DNA from: Octopus sinensis | Taxonomy: Eukaryota | Length of the DNA: 64,000 bases | Assembly (NCBI RefSeq): GCF_006345805.1 | Contig: NW_021836299.1 | Coordinates: 1-64,000, forward strand | Direction of reading: 5' to 3' | Shown here: piece after piece, positions 40,695 to 52,000 of the stretch | Layout: every line of letters begins with the position of its first letter | Position numbering within the stretch: the first letter of the stretch is position 1 | Translations under genes and position numbers: made by a program | The notes under the pieces: model-generated | Told to the model about the DNA's origin: nothing | Seen by the model: the letters and a program-made list of their open reading frames with translations, nothing else | Database searches by the model: none

Positions 40695-41088
40695 TGTTAA
40701 GAAGTAATTCAGTTTAACGTTTCGGATGGGTGTATCTCTTCAATTAATTGCAGCCGCAAGACAATAAATTCTACGTTGTTTCATGACACATCAAATATAC
40801 ATGAATAATGAAAGTAGCCTCAATCTTCTATTTTACGTACAAGAGACAGTAGGAAAATCTCCCTCAGATCACTTTTAATTATCTTGAGAAAGAAGAGTAC
40901 ATTGAATAATGTAGTCATCGATATTCGATACCTGCGAAAATTGACGGGGTCGCTATGTCTGAAATATCACTGATTGTAAAGTTTGCTTGTCCGGGGCTGA
41001 TATAAAAACCAAAACCAATGAGGATGAGGACAGCGACGATGACGACGTCAACAACAGCAACAACAATAACTGAAGCAGCAACAGCAGT

Positions 41089-41455
41089 GGAGGCGCAATG
41101 GCCCAATGGTTAGGGCAGCGGACTCGTGATCGGAGGATCGAGGTTTCGATTCCCAGACCGGGCGTTGTGTGTGTTTATTGAGCAAAAACACCTAAGGCTC
41201 CACGACTCTCCGGCAGGGGGGGGGGGTGACCCCTGTTGTACTCTTTCGCTCTAACTTTCTCTCACTCTTTCTTCCTGTTTGTTGTCCCCGACTTCCTACG
41301 CAACCGCTGAGCCTGGATGCGCATTCCTCCATCCGTCGATGCTCTCGGTGTTGGGATTTGACCTGCTTTCTCTTCTGCGGGTCTTACGAATAGTAAAGGA
41401 CCACGTATCGGAGTTCTTCCATCTTGCGAGCTCTGGGACGAAGACCGTTCGCACA
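41089..41455 (+). mobile_element. tRNA-Arg-like (OR-type) SINE, tail variant iii, in a (CAG/CAA)n tract
   Basis: Same head as 34058 up to ...ctttcttcctgttt, then an unrelated tail. Confidence 0.75.
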
Positions 41456-43415
41456 ACAGCAGCTCAACAGCAACAGCAGCAACAGCAACGTAGATATCCG
41501 GAATATACACCACAGGATACTAATGACTGAGTCAATCTACCTCTCTCAAGACTGGGACTTAGTTACTGACCCTGGAGTGATGAAAGATAAAGTTTACCAC
41601 GGTGGGTATTGATGTGAGAACAGGAGCGGAAATAGTGATTGCGAGGCATTTCATCCTAAGGGTCTACATTTTTTGTTAATTCGTCACCTAAAAAGCTGCT
41701 AGGGGATCGTTTAGCCTGCAATAAATAGCAGCCAGATCATTTTCAAATCACACTTATCACTTAAAAAAAACAGGAAGGCCACAATGGTCATTAGCAGGAG
41801 CGCCTCAAATCTTGGCTCTGTTTAATTAGCGCTGACTGGGATGTACACAACAAGACCAATAGCAGCAGCAGTGACAGCAGCAACAACAACAACGACAACC
41901 AATTTGTACTTTATTTGTCATGCGAACACATATTTCATCTTAGTCTCCAGTAGTGCTCGAAATAATCTTCATTCAACAATGTATATCAGAAGTGTATTTT
42001 TCTCGTGAACCGTGACAGGCTTCACTCGAGCCATGGGCTATGAGTAGTAAAGGAGACACATCTTCAGATATTCTTGAGTCGCGAGCCTTATAAGCAATCC
42101 AAGGAGCGTTTACCTCACCACACTATCCGCTAAAAATAGCATTCATGAGTAAAAATTTTTAAAAATGTAGAGACAGGAGTGGCACTGTTGGAATGCCTTT
42201 AATCTCGAGTAAGTTCAATCAGAGGAATAAATTTAGACATCGTGTAATATATTCAAAGGTATTTCCAACGCTGTTATATATAAAACGATATTGATTTTTA
42301 TTTTATTTCTTGCACAATCTGTTCAGATCTACAAGATAATTTTATTATGTTTTAAGTCATTTCATTTTTTAAAAACATATGTAAGTTAAAATGCAAGGAG
42401 TTCTATTGTTAATATGATTGATATCAGCGGGATATTAGCACCAATTCTTGAATGATTTTATAAGATTATAGAAGACTTTGATAGATCAGTTATCTATCTT
42501 CACAGAGAATGGGACATGAATTAATGTTATCCTTTATTCGTATAACCGTCATATTTGAGAAAATCCTGTTTTTCCAATATATTCTAATAACACATTCATT
42601 ACAGTTTACAAGGCTTTATTATTAATCACACGAAACTCAGACAATTCCGACTTCTTATCTGACATTATTCAAATCGCTCTTAAATGTGATGGCCATCTTC
42701 CTTATCTATGGTGATAAGAATATATTAATTAAGTGAAGGATATCTCATAAAAGGTATCATAATTTTGTCGCATTAGTTTATTCTATGCTTCTTGAATCTT
42801 CGGGCAACAAATTATGTCCAGAGGAAGAGATCGACAGTAGTGTTGTCATACTCATCCTGTGTTGAGTTGCCATTCTTATATCAGTCCTACTTTAATTCAT
42901 TTCGTATTCTTATAGTACGAAAGCTATGTGTGTGTGGTGCAGAAAAGAAAAAAATATGTTTTACAAAAGCTATCACATAAAAGATATCGTACAAAAGATA
43001 TATTTGAAGTAAATATCACACAAAAGATATTCATAAAAAGATATCTCACAAAAGATAGACATGAAATTCTCTACCGAAAGATATATCGAAAAAATACCTG
43101 TACAAAAGATTTGGATGAAATACATCCAAGAAATAATAAATGTGAAATATATATGTGTGTGCGTGCGTGTGTATGTGTGTGCAATACAATGAATGTAGCA
43201 ACTATATAGCGAGAAAAAAATGTTTTTAGTTTATAACACAAAAGAATGGATATCCAATGACAAATATTTGTGGAATTATCGCGCAGGCCTGATATTCTTG
43301 TACAAAAGTTACGAACAAAATATATTCGAGGTTATTGTCCATCACAGAATATATATATGCATCATCTATAAATATACCAGGGAGAAAGAAAGTTACAGAG
43401 AGAGGGAGAGAGATG

Positions 43416-43457
<42 letters not shown>

Positions 43458-44744
43458 GAAGTGAGAGAAGACATAAAAACATAAATTACGTGTTTGTATT
43501 TGTTTCTACGGAATTTTTGGGTTATCATTCATACATACATATGAGCGATAACCCACAAATTCCAGAAAATATAAATACACGAATAAAATAATTTACTTTT
43601 AAAATTTCTGGATAATAAAATACTTAGATTATATTTCTAAAAAAAAGTGGTTGTTTCAAGAAAAGAAAAAAACAATATATAACGTAATTGAAAAGAAAAA
43701 TTTTGCAGCAATTTCAATAATATCTGCACTTAGTAGTAAATGATTTTTCATTTAAGGACAAGATAATAAATTTATAAACGAAAACAAAACGATTCTGTTG
43801 CCTTAGAACGTTTATTAAGTGCATTAATAGCGCAAGTGAAATAAAAATGGCTTACACACTTGTAAATAATACAATGTAAAATGTTCATTCATGTCGTGTT
43901 TAAATATACATACGGTCGATGTTTCTACCATGCTTACACTGCTCTCTTTACTTCTTAACATACTGATTATGCACCATCTACATGTCAACTACCTTTCCAC
44001 GTAGGCATCAACGACGTGGCTTCCCTCTCATCCTTATTTTCTAGACTTAGGCTAAGCAGGGCTAACCACGCTGCATCAGTGTTCAATGCTCTCCAGATCA
44101 AATAGTATAATGACCATTGTCTTAGAATAACACCTGTTTCTTTGTCCGAGTATGGAGGAAGTTCAAAAGGCCATGGACATTGTTGGTATGTTTCCCATGA
44201 AAATTCTGAGCTCAGCAACTTTGCAAGTTATACATTGTGAACGTTCCTACCTCTCGATCTGCTCCTCACTCATTCAAAATCTCTCTGCCCACCCCAAGTT
44301 GCTCATACATAGCATGCAATTACACTTCCTGCCATTTTCGTTACTTTCTAAATGCTTACTGGGTATATACTTCTGTTCATATAATACACAAGAGGTGAAA
44401 AAAAGTTAAAATAAACCGAAGACTATTCCATCAGTCTTATATCTATCTCAACGAATAGAAGCGATGAAAATGCTTGAAGTGTAGTCTCGTCTCAAAGAAC
44501 TTACTAACCTGTGGTGACAACTGCAAATAGATTTTTTTTTAATATATATTAAGAGGGGTGGGATATACCATTTGCCTACCACACACATAAGTGTCCTTTG
44601 TCCCAAAGAATTCTGATGAAAGCAAAGTTGTTATCCTTGACTGCTACAGAGCTTTCAAACGTGTAAGGAAATATGTTTTATATTTTTAATATGTTTTCTT
44701 TCGTAAGATAGTAACAATGAAGCAGTAACTCGGAATTAACTAAT

Positions 44745-44819
<75 letters not shown>

Positions 44820-44877
44820 TGTGTGTATATAAATTCACACAGAAATACCCCACATAACTCAGTCAACCATCGTACAG

Positions 44878-45235
44878 GACAAAGGGGATAAACATCCCTC
44901 TGGTAAACATTCCATTATTGTTTTATCGCCCGAAGAAATGGATCCATGAAGATGATCTACCCGATGCCCGCGAATACTACGGACTACACTGTAATAATCC
45001 AAGGAATACGGACTGTGATTATATGAGACGTGCGATTTGTGGAAACGCGCATAACGACGCATTAAATGTTTATAAATTCCATCCAAGGATTATTGTTATA
45101 TATATAAATATTTCTGACTCGGGGTATAACACCAGTGGTTACCCTGTAGTGTTGAAATTTCCCAATCGATATTGGGAAATCGTCTTCGTGCTGAGAAGAG
45201 TCGAGTTCTTTATTTCATATTCGTCAAATAGATAG
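44878..45235 (+). CDS. Candidate exon/ORF of unknown product (TKGINIPLVNIPLLFYRPKKWIHEDDLPDAREYYGLHCNNPRNTDCDYMRRAICGNAHNDALNVYKFHPR...)
   Basis: About 119 stop-free codons after an AG in AT-rich unique sequence; acceptor is weak and there is no clear donor; no family recognised. Confidence 0.3.
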
Positions 45236-45288
45236 ATAGGTAGATATATATATAAGTATATATACACTTATATACGTGCATATGTTTG

Positions 45289-45347
<59 letters not shown>

Positions 45348-45669
45348 GCGTGCGTGTGTGTGTGTGAGTATATGTGTATCTGAATGTGCATATTACAACA
45401 TATATCTATACTCCATACATACACGCAAAAATATAAGTCTTCCAAACTGTTCTTGTCAAAGTGCATTCATCCCAAAACGAGAATATCCTGCATATATTTC
45501 AAAACCTGACTGCGTGAAGGCTTTTCGTAAATGATATCTCTACGATACTGGGAATATGTATCGTCTACATGCGTGTATATTCACATGGTTGATAAATGCT
45601 TCACCGAAGTGTATATAAGATTATAAGGGCATGTAGATACACGTGTTAAACTTTATAGCCAACCAACCA

Positions 45670-45713
<44 letters not shown>

Positions 45714-45832
45714 AGAGAATAATCTACTGCTGGTTCTCTTTGTCTCTCTCTCTCTCTGTTTCTCTTCCTTTATCGCATGCACGTGTATCTGGACATGTGC
45801 ATACATTCTCACACTATACAACACATATGTAT

Positions 45833-45869
<37 letters not shown>

Positions 45870-45888
45870 TATATATATATATATATAT

Positions 45889-45921
<33 letters not shown>

Positions 45922-45936
45922 GATAGATAGATAGAT

Positions 45937-45992
<56 letters not shown>

Positions 45993-46344
45993 TGCGCAAT
46001 TTCTTCTTGAAATGTCAACCCAGGATTCTTTGGTCTCACAAAACTTTCGAACCGAACTGGAGATGTCTGCTAAAATCAAAAGGGTATTGAATGTAAAGAT
46101 AAATTGACGGGAGGTATCAGATATTACAGTTAAACGAACAAGATAAACAATACGGTTGAATAAAATGAAAACAACAATAAAACACAACAAAACCCTCCCC
46201 CAAAAAAACAAAAAGTAGAGTCGAGAGTGGGAAGTGTATAAAAGCGGTATATTTCAAAGAAGAGGCGTCAAATAGCAGCCATGTTGTATAAAAGATATAG
46301 CTGATAATATATATGCATGTGAGGCATATATAATATATATATAT

Positions 46345-46376
<32 letters not shown>

Positions 46377-46380
46377 ATAA

Positions 46381-47486
46381 CGGGAAGCTTTATGAAAATA
46401 AACAAAGACGAAGGCAGGTGAAAAACAACAACGAACAATTGTATTAGTATGGCGTCAGGAAATATAAATAAAACAAGTCTTTAACGTTTCGAGCCTACGC
46501 TCTTCAACAGAAAGATACACACAGAGAGAGAAAAAAACACAGAAAGAAGGAGAGAAAAAAATGCGTGCAGAGCTAACGAATCAACATGGCGATCTGATTT
46601 CGGCCAGAGGTCAAAGATCAAAATGAGACGCGAGAGCGAAATAAGGGGAGATAATAGGGTTGATAAATGGGTTGAGGGACCAGCTAAAAGTGCGTGGGGG
46701 GGTCTGGTGTGTGTATGTATAGGGTTGGTGTATGTATAGTATGTATAAGGGTGTGTGTGTATGAGAGAGTATTAGTGCGTAAGATTGGTCTGACGTGCGT
46801 ATTTATGGGGTTGGTGTATGTATTATATGTATTAGTATGTATTAGTACGTATTGGTATGTATAGGTGGTGTGTGTGTGTGTGTGAGAGTATAGTGCGTAT
46901 GCGGGGTCTGGACGTGTGTTGATAGGGTTGGTGTAAGTATTAGTATGTACTAGTATGTATTAGTACGTATTAGTATGTATTAGTTGGTGTGTGTATTAGT
47001 ATGGCACATCATATGTGATGTGATGTGTAAGTCCTGTGTGTATAGTGAGGAGAGGGGGAGGGGGAGAAGGAGGGGGGAGAGAAGGGGAGGGGAAGAAGAG
47101 GGGGAGGAGAAGGGGGAAGAGGAGACGATGGGGGAGAAGGAAGGTGAGGAGGGCGATGAAGGAGGAAAGAGGGAGAGGGGAGAGAAGAGGAGGGGAGAGG
47201 GAGTGAGGAGCAGAGGGAATGGGAAGAGGGGAGGGAAACAGAGGGAAGAAGGAAGGGGAGTAGGGGTTGAAAGGATGAAGGACTGAAGAAGTATGGTCGG
47301 GGGAGAAAGGATAGGTGAGGAGGGGAGAGGGGGTTAGATCAGGAGGGGGGAGAGAGTTGAGACCAAATGGCGTATAAGAGCGAAAGAGAAGATTAATCCT
47401 GTTCACGGCGCAAACGGGAATCCGGATGGCCTCTGTGTAAGGACAACCGAACACAGATAGGTGTTGCAAGGAGTGACGGTGGAGCG

Positions 47487-47490
<4 letters not shown>
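46381..47490 (-). mobile_element. Penelope-like 3' fragment: end of GIY-YIG ORF, pyrimidine-rich tract, ~115-bp subrepeats, hammerhead-like motif near the end; flanked by (TA)n
   Basis: Frames combine to HSLQHLSVFG/LSLHRGHPDSRLRREQD*/..RSYTPFGLN, typical of a Penelope-like C-terminus. Terminal ttttcataaagcttcccgtt also occurs at 5306-5326. Confidence 0.75.
46478..46515 (-). ncRNA. Minimal type I hammerhead-ribozyme-like motif (variant core CUGUUGA)
   Basis: 5'-UCUUU CUGUUGA A GAGC-guag-GCUC GAAA CG UU AAAGA-3': stem I 5 bp, stem II 4 bp, AACGUU palindrome in place of stem III. Confidence 0.45.
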
Positions 47491-47564
<74 letters not shown>

Positions 47565-47565
<1 letters not shown>

Positions 47566-47841
47566 TTTTACTCGTACTTGTTTCAGTCATTTGACTGCGG
47601 CCATACTGGAGCACTGCCTTTAGTCGAGTAAATCGACCCCAGGACTTATTCTCTGGAAGCTTAGTACTTATTATATCGTTCTCTTTTTGCCGAACCGCTA
47701 AGTTACGGCAACGTAAACACACCACCATTGGTTGTCAAGCGATGTTGGGGTGACAAATACATACACACAAACATATACACACGCATACATATATACGAAG
47801 GACTTCTTTCAGTTTCCGTCTACCAAATCCACTGACAAGGC
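47565..47841 (-). mobile_element. SINE family B, 3' part
   Basis: Standard family B tail and middle. Confidence 0.8.
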
Positions 47842-47842
47842 T

Positions 47843-47902
<60 letters not shown>

Positions 47903-48477
47903 GTACAAAGTAAGATAGGGGTTATGAGGGTAACCCACTATGGGATATCAGTTATCCAATATACTGCTGGTAAAGTACCCAAATACTAAATGCATAAATG
48001 CTTATAATTGCAATGCAATTAATTCATTTATTGTATTGGATGGGTGAAAGTAAAATATTTTACCGTAAATTCATAATACAAATAAGAAAATGGAGGAACA
48101 AATTCATTTCGATCATCAACTTACAGATATTACAATTTCATATTATTTATTAATTATATAAATAGGAATATGAAAATCGAACAAAACAATATACATCACT
48201 ATGATAATTAATAATACAATAAAAATAATACAAATAAACTGCTCCTTACAGCTGTTTCAGCCTATGGTCAAGAGGCAATCCACCTTAAATTGCTCATATA
48301 TGCCATTATAGTATAGTCTTAGGCATTAAGTGTATATTTGTCTGTTTAAATAACCAAAGGCCTAGTCAGAGGATATACATAATTACAAAGTTATAATAAT
48401 ATAATAATAATAATAATATTGATATATAAAAAAAAAACCTGCTTCCCATACTATCCTATAAGAATAAGAAGATAAAT

Positions 48478-48625
48478 GGTATAGCTTGCTTACCAACCAC
48501 ATGGTGCTGGGTTCATTCCCACTGCGTGTCACCGTGGGCAGGTGTCTTCTACCATAACCTCGAGCCGACCAAAGCCTTGTCAGTGGATTTGGTAGACGGA
48601 AACTGAAAGAGGCACTTCGTATATA
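48478..48625 (+). mobile_element. SINE family B, 5' part
   Basis: cttgcttaccaaccacatggtgctgggttcattcccactgcg... Confidence 0.8.
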
Positions 48626-48789
48626 TGTATGTGTGTCTGCTGTATCACTTTTTGCCGTTCTCTTAGATAACATCGCTGGCGTGGAGAGAGGTGGTATGCA
48701 TAAGCGACTTCTAGTCTTCCATAAACAACTTTGCCCGGACTTGATCCTCGGAGAGGAACTTCCTAGGTGCAATCCCATCGTCATTCACG

Positions 48790-48828
<39 letters not shown>

Positions 48829-49213
48829 TCTGTGAGTATGTGTGTGTGAGCATGTATGTACATACACACATATATGTATATATGTGCAGGCGTACATGCA
48901 TTATGCATGTGTTTTTATATTTACCAATGTAGGTATGCATTCCTGCACGCATGTATTTTTGTCTGTACTTGCCGAGCTGATAGTTACTGCTAAAATAGTT
49001 TTGAGCCTGTTTTCAATATGATCATAGTATCCGAACGTAATCAAAGTGCTGAATCAGTTGAGCGCTGGTAAACCTAACTTGCTCAAAATGTACCGGCTGT
49101 TTAGATTCTGAGTTCAAATTTTGCCGAGGTCGGTTTGGCTATTCATTTTCGGGGGTTCGATGTAGTTGAATATCTCCCTTACCCATTATACCAATTCTTG
49201 TTCCTACAGTTGA

Positions 49214-49254
<41 letters not shown>

Positions 49255-49285
49255 TATTATTATTATTATTATTATTTTATTATTA

Positions 49286-49365
<80 letters not shown>

Positions 49366-49439
49366 GATACGGCGCCACGCTTTGAGGCTGTCGCACCTAC
49401 AGAAATATCTAAATCATTGTAATGATATAGACGACGACG

Positions 49440-50330
49440 ACGAAAACAAAAGCGAACCTGTGTGGGCGTCTTTCATGCGACACGTCTTTCTGCAGCTCAT
49501 CTCATTGACAGAGCTGCAGTCACGGGTCAAACGTATACCAAGGTTGGGCGTTTGGCACCTAGGATGTTGCGAGGCGCTCGCTGCATTATACCAGCTGCCG
49601 CCCAAAACCGTGAGCGGGAAAACAACCCAAGATTTCTATAGGGTCTTGTTGAGGGTATGAGTGATAATAGCCTGGGATTGTATCTAGGCATCGACAAGAA
49701 CAGTCTGAGAAGAATCTTTCAGAGAAAATTCGGGTCGAAGATCATGGGCAATTTCCAAAAGTTTTTGGTTTGGCAATGCTACAAAGAGGCATTGCCCGTT
49801 CGAGAAAAGCCCTTCAGGCACGGATGTGCGAACATCCGAACCTGCTCTATATGCCTGCAAGGTGATGAAAACGTCTGAGAGTTATGGGATTGTGTGGAGC
49901 AACTGGTATCGCATGTAAAACGAATTCAGCAGTTTGCCGAGTGTATAGTGAAAATGAACGCACCACCTTCCAGAGAAGGAAGATTTTTCTCTGTTTAGTG
50001 GCTGTGACAAAAGGGGCTGTGTGGTGGACCCATCTGAAAAGTTTGAGGACATGCACATTCCTATCTGGTTAAGCCCTCATCAATTTCTTCAAATCTCATT
50101 TGAAGAGGAAGGTGAGGGTAGAGAGGGAGGTGTTGCCTTCTAGTATGTTCATTCAAAGGTGGCCGACGGTGTCAAGTCTGGTGAGACTGATTGGATCTAC
50201 TCTGAATATGCTTTTCTAAGCAGGAGGAAAGAGACTGGAAGAGGGCACTTTCCAATGTCTGGGAGATGGCAGAGTAATCCGGGATTTTTGTATGGGGTTT
50301 AACCCGGATTACCCTACTTATTTATTTAAT
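49440..50330 (+). mobile_element. Degenerate L1/Tx1-type LINE 3' end (zf-RVT/CCHC region and 3' UTR)
   Basis: FLVWQCYKEALPVREKPFRHGCANIRTCSICLQGDENV*ELWDC; AVTKGAVWWTHLK; ...RWPTVSSLVRL..TLNMLF*. Confidence 0.7.
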
Positions 50331-51059
50331 TATTTCCCTACTTTCTATAATATATACTCTGTTATATTCTTTAATGTTATAGTCTCTCCCCTTGACTGAT
50401 GGTAACCCCGCATGTATTTTGTAATTTTTTGTGCTGTAACTCCTCCTTCGATATTGTGCTCCATGTCATCGGATCCTGTGAGCAATAAAAGAAATCAGTA
50501 TCATCACTATTGAGTGATAGAGCAGTGTATGCCATCAAGGTGACACTGGGGTAAAATATACAAAGCTCAGTATACCCATGATGACTACCCATCTGACATG
50601 TATCACAACGATATATGCGCGACATGGTGAACTCACATCAGGATAAGCAGCACATGACCCTGCAGGTGGGGGCACAGTTAGAATTTTCTTCACGTCGAGT
50701 AGTCCACTCCGCTCAAAAGGGCCCTGAATAAGGGATGTTTAAGGATGTTGAATGAAACACCCATGTTTCCAGATGTGAATTATTCAAACCTCCAACAATT
50801 TCTCTCAACACACGGTTATGATACTCCCCCACTATTTCTACTTGTGATCAGAAATGCACATAACGTCAGCCACTAAGGGACATGGCCAACTGGTTAAGAT
50901 AAAACGACTGACAAACAAATCTGTTGTATTGAGCAGAATATTTGCTGTAGGTCATCTTTTATACCAAGACAAAACAATGTACGTACATAACACCTCCAAT
51001 CAGTTAATATCAGAAGCCATGAGAGCCAGTGCCTGGTACTGCATCAAGGCATAGTGCTA

Positions 51060-51107
51060 TTTGGGCATTATATAACAACAACAACAACAATGATAATAAT
51101 AATAATA

Positions 51108-51139
<32 letters not shown>

Positions 51140-51244
51140 TTAATAATAATAATGATGATGATGACGATGACGATAACGATGACGATGATGATGATGATGA
51201 TGATGATGATAATAATAATAATAATGATAATAATAATAATAATG

Positions 51245-51304
<60 letters not shown>
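51060..51304. repeat. (CAA)n/(TAA)n/(TGA)n microsatellite; left flank of the R4/Dong element
   Basis: Directly visible. Confidence 0.95.
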
Positions 51305-51305
<1 letters not shown>

Positions 51306-51802
51306 GGACACCGGGGACGTTTAAGAGGACACCGGGGACGTTTAAGAGGACACCGGGGACGTTTAAGAGGACACCGGGGACGTTTAAGAGACACCGGGGA
51401 CGTTTAAGAGGACACCGGGGACGTTTAAGAGGACACCGGGGACGTTTAAGGACACCGGGGACGTTTAAGAGGACACCGGGGACGTTTAAGAGGACACCGG
51501 GGACGTTTAAGAGGACACCGGGGACGTTTAAGAGGACACCGGGGACGTTAAGAGGACACCGGGGACGTTTAGAGGACACCGGGGACGTTTAAGAGGACAC
51601 CGGGGACGTTTAAGAGACACCGGGGACGTTTAAGAGGACACCGGGGACGTTTAAGAGGACACCGGGGACGTTTAAGAGGACACCGGGGACGTTTAAGATG
51701 TAGGACACCGGGGACGTTTAAGATGTAAGGACACCGGGGACGTTTAAGATGTAGGACACCGGGGACGTTTAAGATGTAGGACACCGGGGACGTTTAAGAT
51801 GT
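51305..51802 (+). repeat. 23 tandem copies of AGGACACCGGGGACGTTTAAG (21 bp); units 19-22 are followed by ATGT or ATGTA before the next unit, and unit 23 runs into the element body
   Basis: Hand count; no spacers; the last unit continues as ...TTTAAGATGTAAGAAGGAAAATAC into the R4/Dong 5' region. Confidence 0.95.
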
Positions 51803-52000
51803 AAGAAGGAAAATACAGAGCTCCGAAATCTATCCACAAACATCCAAAACAAGGACACCCTATGGAGCCAAAAATTTACTAACAAAGAATTGGACTATAT
51901 CCGAGTAAGTAATACTAATTGAAATTTATTACTATTTTCGAAACGAAATGATGTATTTTGACTCGATATTATCTCCACCTCTAACACAACACATGTAAAC

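Noticed and set aside
42385-42440. Ankyrin-like ADINHINNRTP on the minus strand
   Set aside because: A single short match flanked by stops; expected by chance in AT-rich DNA.
44150-44190. Myosin-like MEEVQKAMDIVG before a GTATGT donor
   Set aside because: There is an upstream in-frame stop and no good acceptor. The opposite strand looks more like a decayed LINE endonuclease (NVHGLLN..GHYTI*SG).
45030-45075. Insulin B-chain-like motif ICGNAHNDALNVY
   Set aside because: The second B-chain Cys is missing, and there is no signal peptide or A chain nearby.
45157-45180. Perfect 10-bp hairpin atttcccaat-cgat-attgggaaat
   Set aside because: Short, single occurrence, and it does not fit the spacing of paired CSL, STAT or COE sites.
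50600-51060. Repeat-like segment upstream of the (TAA)n target
   Set aside because: Probably an interspersed repeat, but there is no second copy or diagnostic motif in this window, so it was not called.
51305-51802. CRISPR array or repeat-protein gene (NVPGVLL, RTPGTFK, KRPRCPL ORFs)
   Set aside because: Units are contiguous with no spacers, the context is eukaryotic and there are no cas genes. Open frames follow trivially from a 21-bp unit, are broken by 1-nt indels and run into microsatellite.
51800-52000. HDV-like ribozyme in the R4/Dong 5' UTR, as known for R2 and some other LINEs
   Set aside because: I could not build the P1/P3/L3 and J4/2 pattern by eye; a covariance search would be needed.
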